Shown here piece by piece: positions 1 through 9,167 of a stretch of 64,000 nt of DNA (position 1 is its first letter; each line of letters begins with the position of its first letter). The stretch is from Octopus vulgaris (Eukaryota), in contig OX597840.1 in NCBI GenBank assembly GCA_951406725.2, positions 24,242,001 through 24,306,000 on the forward strand, given 5' to 3'. The translations under genes were made by a program, and so were the position numbers. The notes beneath the pieces were generated by a model that saw only the letters and a program-made list of their open reading frames with translations, did not search any database and was not told the DNA's origin.

Positions 1-139
1 ATATTTAAACATACATATATATATATATATATTGGTAAAACGGTAAGATAACAAAAGAAAGAAAGAAAGAGACCTCAATATTATGTAAATAGAGGAAATG
101 TATCTATAAAATAATATGTTACATTTACTCAATAGTCAA

Positions 140-200
140 GATAAAACTCTGAGTTTCAGATGCCGAAGTGGAAATCCACAACACCATCTCTTCGGTTATC
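140..200 (-). ncRNA. Hammerhead-ribozyme-like motif (variant core) in an intronic Penelope/retrozyme-like repeat; copies at 9354-9414, 19403-19463, 29503-29563, 55898-55958
   Basis: Minus strand reads GATAA-CCGAAGA-GATG...CATC-T-GAAAC-TCAGA-GTT-TTATC. Stem I (GATAA/TTATC), stem II and near-palindromic stem III are present, but the core is CCGA rather than CUGA. Confidence 0.45.
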
Positions 201-1071
201 TGGCCATCTGAAAAAACGCTATGAAAAAATACCGTTATATAAAGGGAAATTACTGTATTATAATTCTGCGCGCGAAAACCCACGTGCGTACTTATACGTC
301 ACTATGGAAACGTACACATCTTCACTCGCATTTTTCGCCAAATATATACGCATATATATATACAACCTCATACACACACACATGCGTACCGTAAAAGTTC
401 ATACATACGTCTATATACGCACAAACACAAGAAAAACCATGGTTAAAGGTAACAGAAAAAAAAACATAAGGAAGTATACAAAGCATAAAAACCACGTTCA
501 TATACGGACAGGCCCCCTATGCACTCATACACACACACACGCCCATATATGTACATACCCGCACATATTTATATACGCATACATACACACGCATATACAA
601 AAAATGAATATATATATGTCCCCCCCCCACCATAAAAATGGAAAAATACTAAGTTAAAACGTCTATATATATATATGTGCATTCTCATGCCCGCACACAC
701 ATATATATAGACATATATATATATATATACATATATATGCACATACACGCACACAAAAGTTGGCGATTGCAAAGGAATTTCACAAGAATCATATATATAG
801 TGGAAGCCGCTTATTGTGATCATTTCCGTACAGCATTGGCCAACACCTAACAGATGACGTTAAACAAATATAAAGTCCGAACCAATTAATTTTGATAACA
901 ATAACCGGCTGATAACGTTATCCGCTATTCCGATTGACCGCCACTCCATTCCTGCCCAGCCTACATCAATACACAACAAACTACGGCATTTCTATAAATC
1001 GCAGTATTTGCTATACAACGTCTTCAATCAGATCGTATTCCTCTCCAATATATATACATATATATATAATA

Positions 1072-1180
1072 ACTTACCCCTGATGCTTAATAAATAAATA
1101 AATATTTATTTACTTTCGATTTCGTCTCCAAAGAATTGAGGAAACGTGACAAGCCGGAAGTAAGGTGCGCCATGTGACTT
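1072..1180 (-). promoter_or_regulatory. Predicted promoter, non-coding exon 1 and splice donor of a ZNF paralog lying left of the window
   Basis: Minus-strand GGG|GTAAGT donor (acttac 1072-1077), ETS-type CCGGAAGT at 1154-1161 and E-box CATGTGAC at 1171-1178. The same block recurs upstream of genes 1, 2, 3, 5 and 6. Confidence 0.55.
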
Positions 1181-1296
1181 AGACTCTTTAATATATGAAA
1201 CCAAAAAGAGTGCTGCTGACACAAAAGCGAAACTAAGAAGGAAGGGGGAATGTAATATTGTTGTTGACTATCACCATGGTTACTGTCTAAGCGGAA

Positions 1297-1361
1297 GGCC
1301 CATGGCTCGGTGGTTAGCGCATCGGGCTATCAATCGCGAGGTAGTGAGTTCGATTCCCTGG
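1297..1361 (+). mobile_element. tRNA-derived SINE head fragment (A and B boxes), present upstream of all six promoter copies
   Basis: A box TGGCTCGGTGG at 1303-1313 and B box GAGTTCGATTCC at 1346-1357; no complete cloverleaf or acceptor stem. Confidence 0.6.
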
Positions 1362-1896
1362 ATCTTTTCGCTGTTCCACGTTGCCAGCGGAATCCTCGGC
1401 GACTCACGGGAATTCCGGAGCAGGGGATTCAGTTGGTCTTACACCTGAATCCTCATCGGCGAACGACGGGGATCCACGATGTATAAAAATGTCTGTATAG
1501 GTATAGATGGAAATGGTGAGGATATTAAGAAATGCTTAATAGCAAAGCGTGGGAAATAAAAAAATTGGAATGGGCAGTGAAAAGGAAAACGAAACAGTGA
1601 AAGAAATTATATAACTTTGTTTAAGTAATTTTTTTTAGTCCTTCCTTTTTTCTGAGTTGTGCGTTAGATATGAAATTAGATATGAAATCATTCGTATCTA
1701 ATTCCGGTCTCCTAATAATTATCAGTTATAAAGTGGAATTGATCAAGGAATAAAGATTTGTATGAAACTATAGCAGGAAATAAACGGAATTTGCAAGACT
1801 GAACGGTTATTGGACGAGGGGAAGTAACTCTTCCTTCAACAAAAGTCCTGAATATTTTTATATAGTTTCGGGTTTAAATGACAATTAATTAATTCA

Positions 1897-2465
1897 ACAA
1901 ATTGTTAGAAAGGATCACAAAAGTACAGCCCCCAAAATTACTGCAGGGCTTAATGATCGCCTCAAGAACCCAGTTTCCACAAAAACTTTTCGCTGGGAGC
2001 TGCACAAAGCCAGATTTCAAGGGAGGGCTGCAATCAGAAAACCACTACTTTCAAAAAACAAACGTTGCAAAGCGTTTAGAGTGGAGTAAAAACCTACAGA
2101 AATGATCCCTAGAGCAGTGAAAGAATGTTATTTTCTAGGACGAGTCATCCATTACTTTATTTCCGACCACCGGCCGAGTATACGTGTGAAGAGAGCCAAA
2201 AGAAGCATTTGACCCAGACTGCCTTCTTCCAACTGTTAAACATGGAGGAGGATCTGTAATGATCTGGGGAGCTATATCTTGGAAATCTGCCAGCCCAATG
2301 GTTTCCCTTCATGTCAGAATTAATAGTCAAGACTATTTAAGCATTTTATCTGATCAAATTCATCCTATGGTTGTGGATCTGCTTCTGGAGAGAAACGCAA
2401 GCTTTCAGGATGATAATGCACCAATTCACACAGCTAAAGTTGTCACTGAATGGCACAAGGAACAT
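1897..2465 (+). mobile_element. Degenerate Tc1/mariner transposase remnant; copies at ~13095-13620, 21105-21671, 33060-33626, 40260-40336 (fragment), 48910-49476, 59870-60426
   Basis: Translates to Tc1 motifs KPLLS..KRLEW, WKNVIF*DES, PTVKHGGGSVMIWGAIS and FQDDNAPIHTAK with in-frame stops; truncated before the SPDLNPIE motif. Confidence 0.9.
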
Positions 2466-2543
2466 TCATCAACCGTTTCAAAGTAAACATTAGTCCTTGC
2501 TCTTTTTAACACAATAACTTCGGGTATTTCATATACAGCAGAT
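2466..2543 (+). repeat. 78-bp inverted repeat, left arm (partner 8711-8788); other left arms start at 13621, 21672, 33627, 40337, 49477, 60427
   Basis: tcatcaaccgtttcaaagtaaacattagtccttgctctttttaacacaataact...catatacagcagat is the reverse complement of 8711-8788 with about 3 mismatches. Confidence 0.9.
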
Positions 2544-2558
2544 CTTTCCTTCTCCTAT

Positions 2559-2593
2559 GTTTCCGACGAAGAGCTCCGCTCGAAACGTTAAAC
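2559..2593 (+). ncRNA. Minimal hammerhead-like motif of Penelope type (core mutated here; canonical CUGA copy at 60517-60551)
   Basis: GTTT-CCGACGA-A-GAGC tcc GCTC-GAAAC-GTT-AAAC: stem I GTTT/AAAC, stem II GAGC/GCTC and palindromic AACGTT. Confidence 0.5.
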
Positions 2594-2698
2594 TATCCTT
2601 CATTCCTGAGCGTCCAATAATACTATATTTGTTCCACGTCCACGCGTTGTTGTGTTTTTTCTGCTTTCTTGTTTGGATTAACTATATATATATATATA

Positions 2699-2925
2699 AC
2701 CGATTGTGGCCGCTGCCAGATTTCCCTGGCACCTGTGCTGGTGGCATGTAAAAAACACCCACTACACTCGTGGAGTGGTTGGCGTTAGGAAGGGCATCCA
2801 GCTGTAGAAACACTGCCAGATCAGACTGGGCCTGGTGCAGCCTCCCGGCTTCCCAGACCCCGGTCGAACTGTCCAACCCTTCTTAGCATGGAAAACGGAC
2901 GTTAAACGATGATCATGATGATGAT
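2699..2925 (+). mobile_element. 3' end fragment of an RTE-clade LINE with (GAT)n tail; copies at ~13858, 21910, 33875, 40575, 49746
   Basis: Matches the 3' UTR of the long RTE element at ~63880-64000 (gagtggttggcgttaggaagggcatccagctgtagaaacactgccagatcagactgg). Confidence 0.8.
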
Positions 2926-3000
2926 ATATATACAAATTAAAATCCAGGAAAAAGAGAAGTAGCATTAATATAGTTTATTCACTGCAAAAATTCAACATGT

Positions 3001-3082
3001 ACACTTACAGCTGTTTCGATTTTGCTCAAAAGAAATTCCAATAATTAAAACATTTAATTGGGCAAAATCTCATCAGAGGAAT
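3001..3082 (-). ncRNA. Type I hammerhead-ribozyme motif, sense to and downstream of the ZNF gene; copies at 14160-14241, 22208-22289, 34172-34253, 50048-50124 (truncated)
   Basis: Minus strand CTGATGA-GATTTTGC...GCAAAATC-GAAAC-AGCT-GTA: canonical core, 8-bp stem II, palindromic ACAGCTGT stem III, GUA cleavage triplet; stem I is weak. Confidence 0.65.
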
Positions 3083-3212
3083 GAAAAAGACATATCGTTA
3101 GGTTATCACATGTTATTCTTCCAAAACATCTCAACAGACAAAAACTTTTTTTTAATTACTAATATTGGTATAAATCTTAGCCAGTGGGTAACAGGTTGTA
3201 TAAGGGTAATAA

Positions 3213-3927
3213 CCTTTATATATATAAAACTGAGAATGTGTGCCTGTCTGTCTGTGTGTTTCCCTAAAACGTGAGAACTACACAACCAATTTCATTCAAA
3301 TTTTACACATGCATTACTTAGGGTCCATGTAGTTTCATGGGCAAAAAAAATATGTTCAACTTCTTACCTAGAGCGAGCCCATAACAATATCATATCTTCT
3401 CCACTATTTCAGAATTACATGTTAAAAGTGAAACAAAAATATTTCTCTATTTTATGTCAGATGCTTTCACTTTAACAACAAAAATAATAATAACAATTGA
3501 ATTATATGTAGTAAGTAATAATTAAAATCAAACTAAAGTATAATATAATCGTAACATAAAAAAGTAAAAATAGCAATTGGTATAAAATTGCATCAGTGAT
3601 TTGAACTTGAATAAGTGGTTTCACATGAATGGGAATAAATTAAAAATATAATAAGCGTGCAGAAATGGAATAGTCCAGATGGATAATACAAAATTAAACT
3701 TAAAAAAAGACTATTGTCTATAAAGTATACAATGTAGAGAAAAAAGAATAGCTAACAATTCCAGTCTGTTATATATTTTGAGTATTGTTATCACTAGCGA
3801 TATCAAGATATAACTTTGTATTTTGCATTTTATGTGTAGATGTATATAGATAGATGTACATGTAACATGTACACATATATACATGCACTAGCACTATGAC
3901 CCGGCAACGACGGGTCTTTAATGCTAG
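3213..3927 (+). mobile_element. Non-autonomous Helitron-like element; copies at 22420-23132 and 34384-35097, 5'-deleted copies ending at 14785 and 50353
   Basis: 5' (T)CTTTATATATATAAAA (intact TC after A in the 22420 and 34384 copies); 3' hairpin GACCCG-gcaacga-CGGGTC followed by CTAG|T. Confidence 0.75.
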
Positions 3928-4121
3928 TTGGTAAATAAATGGTAGATAGTGAGTTATATTTCTCACTATAATTATTTTATAATGTATTGATTTAATTATT
4001 TTCTAATTTATCTATATCAGTTCAATCAATTTCTTTAACAAAGTTATAAATGTGATCACGTTGTTCTCTCATTCATATGATACTATTTTTACTATAACTC
4101 ACTAACCTAACATTTATTTAA

Positions 4122-4350
4122 TGCGGTTTCGATTCCCAGACCGGGCGTTGTGTGTGTTTATTGAGCGAAAACACCTAAAGCTACAAGAGGCTCCGGCAGG
4201 GGGTGGTGGCGATCTCTGCTGTACTCTTTCTTCCTGTTTCTTGAGTAATGCTGCGATGGACTGGCGTCCTGTCCAGCTGGTGGTGTAACACATATCCCAC
4301 AGAAACCGGGCCCATGAGCCTGGCTAGGTTTGTAAAGGGCGCATAAATAA
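4122..4350 (+). mobile_element. 5'-truncated tRNA-derived SINE; copies at ~14980, 23327, 35292 and a fragment at 50548
   Basis: B-box GGTTTCGATTCC, head shared with the minus-strand SINEs at 8327-8706 and 11650-12012, and a (TAAA)n tail. Confidence 0.75.
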
Positions 4351-4471
4351 ATAAAAATAATAAATATACTGGCATTTAATAAAACTGTGTAAGAGAATAA
4401 TTTACCACAACTCAATTGCAAGAAGCACTTCCATCAAGTTAAGCTATTTATTCGAGAGAATGATTTAATAG

Positions 4472-4884
4472 AGGTGCAGGAGTGGCTGTGTGGTAAGTAG
4501 CTTGCTAACCAACCACATGGCTCCGGGTTCAGTCACACTGTGTGGCATCTTGTGCAAGTGTCTTCTGTTATAGCCCCAGGCCGACCAAAGCCTTGTGAGT
4601 GGATTTGGTAGACGGAAACTGAAAAAAGCCTGTCGTATATATATATATATATGTATGTATGTGCATGTGTTTGTGTGTCTGTGTTTGTTCCCCTAGCATT
4701 GCTTGTCAATCGATGCTGGTGTGTTTACGTCCCCGTCACTTAGTGGTTCAGCAAAAGAGACCGATAGAATAAGTACTGGGCTTACAAGAATAAGTCCTGG
4801 GGTCCATTTGCTCGACTAAAGGCGGTGCTCCAGCATGGCCACAGTCAAATGACTGAAACAAGTAAAAGAGAGAGAGAGAGAGAG
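4472..4884 (+). mobile_element. tRNA-derived SINE with (AG)n tail ending ~20 bp from the ZNF terminal stop; copies at 15331-15756, 23677-24092, 35642-36060, 50596-50879 (5'-deleted)
   Basis: A-box-like TGGCTGTGTGG, B-box-like GGTTCAGTC, internal (TA)/(TG) tract; the same 3' end recurs at ~11055, 31160 and 57997. Confidence 0.75.
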
Positions 4885-4903
4885 TAATAGAATTATCACA
4901 GTG

Positions 4904-5393
4904 TTATGGTTTCTTTCCTGCGTGGATATGTTTGTGAGTAGTTAAGTTACCTTTTTGAGAGAAAGACTTTTCACATACATCACAGTGATAAGGCTTCTCT
5001 CCTGTGTGAATGTGTTTGTGAGAAATTAAGGTATGGTTCTGAGAGAAGGATTTACCACAGATATCACACACGTATGGCTTCTCTCCTGTGTGAACACGTT
5101 TGTGTTTGATTAAGACATCGCTTTGTGAAAATGACTTTCCACAGATATCGCAGTGATATGGCCTCCCTCCTGTATGAATAAGTTTGTGTTTAGCTAAGAG
5201 ATGATTTAAAGAGAATGATTTACCACAGATATCACAGTGATACGGCTTCTCTTTACTATGAATGTGTTTATGAGGATTTAAGTCACCAGCGAATGACTTT
5301 CCACAGATATCACAGCAGAATGGTTTCTCTCCAGTATGGAAGGTTTTGTGTTTAGTTAAATGTTGATTTTGTGAGAATGATTTACCACAAATA
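4904..5393 (-). pseudogene. Six out-of-frame C2H2 fingers downstream of the gene 1 stop
   Basis: A 2-bp deletion turns CAC TGT GAT into CAC TGA; the shifted frame stays open to ...[17 protein letters not shown], the same C-terminus as gene 2. Confidence 0.85.
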
Positions 5394-7433
5394 TCAGTGA
5401 TATGGTTTCTCTCCTGTATGAATACGTTTATGGTTAGTAAAGGCATCGCTCTGTGAAAACGATTGACCACAGATATCACAGTTATATGGTTTTTCTCCCG
5501 TATGAATACGCATGTGTGTAGTCAACACAACATTCTGAGAGAATGATTTACCACAGATATCACAATGATAAGGTTTCTCTCCTGTGTGAATGTATTTGTG
5601 AATAGTTAAGTGGTGATTATGAGAGAATGATTGGCCACAGGTACCACACTGATATGGTTTCTCACCTGTATGAATACGTTTGTGACTCGTTAGGTTTTGA
5701 TTCTGAGAGAATGATTTACCACAGATATCACAATGATATGGTTTCTCCCCTGTATGAATACGTTTATGAGTGGTTAGGTTGCTATTTCCAGAGAATGATT
5801 TACCACAGATATCACAATGATATGGTTTCTCTCCTGTATGAGTACGTTTGTGAATGGTTAGGTCACTACTTCTAGAGAATGATTTACCACAGATATCACA
5901 ATGATATGGTTTCTCTCTTGTATGAGTACGTTTGTGAGTAGTTAAGTGGTCATTCTGAGAGAATGATTTACCACAGATATCACACTGATATGGTTTCTCT
6001 CCTGTATGAGTACGTTTGTGAATGGTTAGGACACTATTTCCAGAGTATGATTTACCACAGATATCACAATGATATGTTTTCTCTCCTGTATGAGTACGTT
6101 TGTGAATGGTTAGGACACCATTTCCAGAGAATGATTTTCCACAGATATCACACTGATCTGGTTTCTCTCCTGTATGAGTACGTTTGTGAATGGTTAGGAC
6201 ACTATTTCCAGAGTATGATTTACCACAGATATCACAATGATATGTTTTCTCTCCTATATGAGTACGTTTGTGAATGGTTAGGACACTATTTCTAGAGAAT
6301 GATTTACCACAGATATCACACTGATATGGCTTCTCTCCTGTATGAGTACGTTTGTGAATGGTTAGGACACTATTTCTAGAGTATGATTTACCACAGATAT
6401 CACAATGATATGTTTTCTCTCCTGTATGTGTACGTTTGTGAATGGTTAGGACACCATTTCCAGAGAATGATTTACCACAGATATCACACTGATATGGCTT
6501 CTCTCCTGTATGAGTACGTTTGTGAATGGTTAATACACTATTTCCAGAGAATGATTTACCACAGATATCACACTGATATGGTTTTTCTCCTGTATGAGTA
6601 CGTTTGTGAATGGTTAGGTCGCGATTTCCAGAGAATGATTTACCACAGATATCACAATGATAAGGTTTCTCTCCTGTGTGAATGTATTTGTGAATAGTTA
6701 AGTGGTGATTATGAGAGAATGATTGGCCACAGATATCACACTGATATGGTTTCTCACCGGTATGAATACGTTTGTGACTCGTTAGGTTTTGATTCTGAGA
6801 GAATGATTTACCACAGATATCACAATGATATGGTTTCTCTGCTGTATGAATACGTTTATGAGTGGTTAGGTTGCTATTTCCAGAGAATGATTTACCACAG
6901 ATATCACACTGATATGGTTTCTCTCCAGTATGAATACGTTTGTGAGTGGTTAGGTCGCTATTTCCAGAGAATGATTTACCACAGATATCACACTGATATG
7001 GTTTCTCTCCAGTATGAATACGTTTGTGAGTGGTTAGGTCACTATTTCCAGAGAATGATTTGCCACAGATATCGCAATGATGTGACTTAAACACAATGTG
7101 AATGCATTTGTGAATAGCTAAGCTATGATTCTGAGAGAATGATTTACCACAGGTATTACAGCGATATGGCTTGACACCTGCGTGAATGTGTTTATGTGTG
7201 GTCAAACGAACGTTTTCAGAGAATGATTTACCACAGATATCACAGCGATAGAGATCCTCTCCTGCATGGAAACATTTGTGAATCGTCTGTTCATCTTTGA
7301 GAAAGAAGGACTTGTTGCAGACATCACAGTGAAATGATGTTTTCTCTTCTTCATCTGTTTCATCTTCAGTAAAATCAATCCATAACGACTGTGTATTACA
7401 ATTAACCTCATTATCACGTAATTCATTTTCCAT
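5394..7433 (-). CDS. C2H2 zinc-finger protein, gene 1 (679 aa, 23 finger units, C-terminally truncated)
   Basis: ATG start, 35-aa acidic leader, then tandem CxxC...HxxxH fingers with TGEKPY linkers at 28-aa period. Confidence 0.9.
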   Translation of the reverse strand: MENELRDNEVNCNTQSLWIDFTEDETDEEEKTSFHCDVCNKSFFLKDEQTIHKCFHAGEDLYRCDICGKSFSENVRLTTHKHIHAGVKPYRCNTCGKSFSQNHSLAIHKCIHIVFKSHHCDICGKSFSGNSDLTTHKRIHTGEKPYQCDICGKSFSGNSDLTTHKRIHTGEKPYQCDICGKSFSGNSNLTTHKRIHTAEKPYHCDICGKSFSQNQNLTSHKRIHTGEKPYQCDICGQSFSHNHHLTIHKYIHTGEKPYHCDICGKSFSGNRDLTIHKRTHTGEKPYQCDICGKSFSGNSVLTIHKRTHTGEKPYQCDICGKSFSGNGVLTIHKRTHTGEKTYHCDICGKSYSRNSVLTIHKRTHTGEKPYQCDICGKSFSRNSVLTIHKRTHIGEKTYHCDICGKSYSGNSVLTIHKRTHTGEKPDQCDICGKSFSGNGVLTIHKRTHTGEKTYHCDICGKSYSGNSVLTIHKRTHTGEKPYQCDICGKSFSQNDHLTTHKRTHTREKPYHCDICGKSFSRSSDLTIHKRTHTGEKPYHCDICGKSFSGNSNLTTHKRIHTGEKPYHCDICGKSFSQNQNLTSHKRIHTGEKPYQCGTCGQSFSHNHHLTIHKYIHTGEKPYHCDICGKSFSQNVVLTTHMRIHTGEKPYNCDICGQSFSQSDAFTNHKRIHTGEKPYH

Positions 7434-7513
7434 TATTTTTCTCCTGTCACCACAAAGTCCAAATGTCTTTCTTTTTTTTTATATTCTATTCCCCAGTTAT
7501 TTCTGTTGCTTGA

Positions 7514-7685
7514 AATGCTTAGCGGTCTTTCGTCTGTCTGTTTGTTCTGGGTTTGCCATTCACCCTTTCGGGGTCAATAAATAAAGTACCAGTTTCACAC
7601 TGGGGTAGATATAATCGACTTAATCCCTTTGTCTGTCCTTGTTTGTCCCCTCTATGTTTAGCCCCCTAGTGGGCAATAAAGAAAT
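7514..7685 (+). mobile_element. SINE (5'-truncated) just upstream of the ZNF ATG; single at ~38197 and ~45925, tandemly doubled at 17985-18362, 26975-27360, 54025-54410
   Basis: Same family as the minus-strand copy at 8819-9030; B-box GAGTTCAAATTCC is visible in the better-preserved copies. Confidence 0.75.
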
Positions 7686-8326
7686 ATATATTTCCATCAA
7701 CTGTAATCATTGTCAATATCTGAGGGGGCTGCCAATTCCTTTGCAATCCAGGTTTAATTAGAATACAGGATTGGTTTTCTTGCACCCATTCCAGGCAGTA
7801 AAGTACAGAATTGCTGCTAATAATCACACACCCAAAGAAAATCTTTTACAATTCTATAATCGATTTATATAAACAGGGTAATATTTCTTCTGTGTAGCAT
7901 CTTAGTTTTATCTTAAAGAATATATCATATATATTCATGATGTGTTCGATGTAAAATCTTCATTTATGCTAAATATCCTCTCTGATACTCTGAAATAAAA
8001 AAGAAATAATATGAGATATAGAATATACTTGAAAAATAAAGATTAAATAATGAAAATTTTATTACGTTTTTATACTGATAAACTGGAGATATAAACCTTT
8101 AGCTGGCCAAATAAACGTTAACACATCAGTCTGACAAACAAACAAGGAGATTATAAGGTAGTCATGGGATGTGCTAAAAATAATAGCTAAATAGCTCTTA
8201 AATCACGCAGCAATTTTTAAAATTTTGTTTTGGTTTTTGCACAATCCTATGAATTACAAATTCGCAAATTCTAAAAGTTCCCAAAAGTTTTGAACCAAGA
8301 AAGAATTTACGATTTACATCTGCTGT

Positions 8327-8706
8327 TTGTTTGTTGAGCGAAGCGGTCTTCGTCCCAGAGCTCGCAAGATGGAAGAAGTCGGAAACGTGGTCCTTTGCTA
8401 TTCGTAAGACCCGCAGAAGAGAAAGCAGGTCAGCCCCCACCCCCCGAGAGCATCGACGGATGGATGAATGCGCATCCAGGCTCGGCGGTTGCATAGGAAG
8501 TCGGGGGACAAGAAACAGGAAGAAAGAGTGAGAGAAAGCTGGGGCGAAAGAGTACAACAGGGGTCGCCACAACCCTCTGCTGGAGCATCGTGGAGCTTTA
8601 GGTGTTTTCGCTCAATAAACACTCACAACGCCCGGTCTGGGAATCGAACCCGCGATCCTCCGAATGCGAGTCCGCTGCCCTAACCACTGGGCCATTGCGC
8701 TTCCAC
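8327..8706 (-). mobile_element. Full-length tRNA-derived SINE with 13-bp target-site duplication; copies at ~28004-28434, 39037-39404, 46749-47135, 55054-55420, partial at 19003-19109
   Basis: Minus-strand A box TGGCCCAGTGG and B box GGTTCGATTCC, (CAAA)n tail, flanked by TTACATCTGCTGT at 8314-8326 and 8707-8719 (one mismatch; exact in the gene 3 copy). Confidence 0.85.
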
Positions 8707-8710
8707 TTAC

Positions 8711-8788
8711 ATGTGCTGTATATGAAATACCAGAGGTTATTGTGTTAAAAAGAGCAAGGACTAATGTTTACTTTGAAACGGTTGATGA
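8711..8788 (-). repeat. 78-bp inverted repeat, right (intronic) arm; other right arms start at 28439, 39409, 47140, 55425; absent in gene 2
   Basis: Reverse complement of 2466-2543. Confidence 0.9.
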
Positions 8789-8818
8789 TGATGATATATA
8801 TATATATATATATATATA

Positions 8819-9028
8819 TTTATTGCCCACAAGGGGATATACAAAGAGGGGACAAACAAGGACAGACATAGGGATTAAGTCGTTTACATCGAACCCAGTG
8901 CATAACTAGTACTTAATTTATCGACCCTGAAAGATGAAAGGCAAAGTCGACCACAGTGGAATGTGAACTCATAACGTAAAGACACATGCATTTCGCCCGT
9001 CGTGCTAATGTTGCTGCCAGCTCGCCAC

Positions 9029-9030
<2 letters not shown>
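8819..9030 (-). mobile_element. SINE between (TA)n tracts; copies at ~28543-28753, 39516-39727, 47250-47455, 55537-55748
   Basis: Minus-strand head GGTGGCGAGCTGGCAG; body is the reverse complement of the SINE at 7514-7685. Confidence 0.75.
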
Positions 9031-9073
<43 letters not shown>

Positions 9074-9075
9074 AT

Positions 9076-9167
9076 TTTATTTTATAGAAGGAGCTTCTAC
9101 AGTACTAGAACTGTTTCATTCAGATGAAACAATTCTAGTCCTGTAGAAGCTCCTTCTATAAAATAAA
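9076..9167. repeat. Near-perfect ~90-bp palindrome; second copy at ~47482-47573, half-deleted at 19107-19175
   Basis: tttattttatagaaggagcttctacagtactagaactgtttcat-tcag-atgaaacaattctagtcctgtagaagctccttctataaaataaa. Confidence 0.9.

Noticed and set aside
160-657. Recurrent MPKWKSTT... ORF (also 9374, 19423, 29523, 55918)
   Set aside because: Lies in a duplicated low-complexity repeat; length and frame differ between copies because of microsatellite indels.
1297-1361. Possible tRNA gene
   Set aside because: A and B boxes only; no acceptor stem or terminator, so it is treated as a SINE head.
1385-1480. GC-richer segment with hairpin ggggattcag/ctgaatcctc as a structured RNA
   Set aside because: No recognisable ribozyme or ncRNA core by eye; likely an unclassified repeat fragment.
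2259-2486. Conserved 75-aa MIWGAISW ORF as a domesticated transposase
   Set aside because: Upstream stops, a missing third catalytic motif and a deletion in the 13456 copy; similarity is explained by recent duplication.
4904-5479. 191-aa ORF as a separate gene
   Set aside because: Its first ~28 aa are an off-frame reading of gene 1; it is the frameshifted tail and has no promoter or leader of its own.
5627-7090. Plus-strand ORFs of MIYHRYH... repeats (also 51958-52188 and minus-strand 40759-41406)
   Set aside because: Antisense shadow frames of the 84-bp finger repeat; no independent coding signal.
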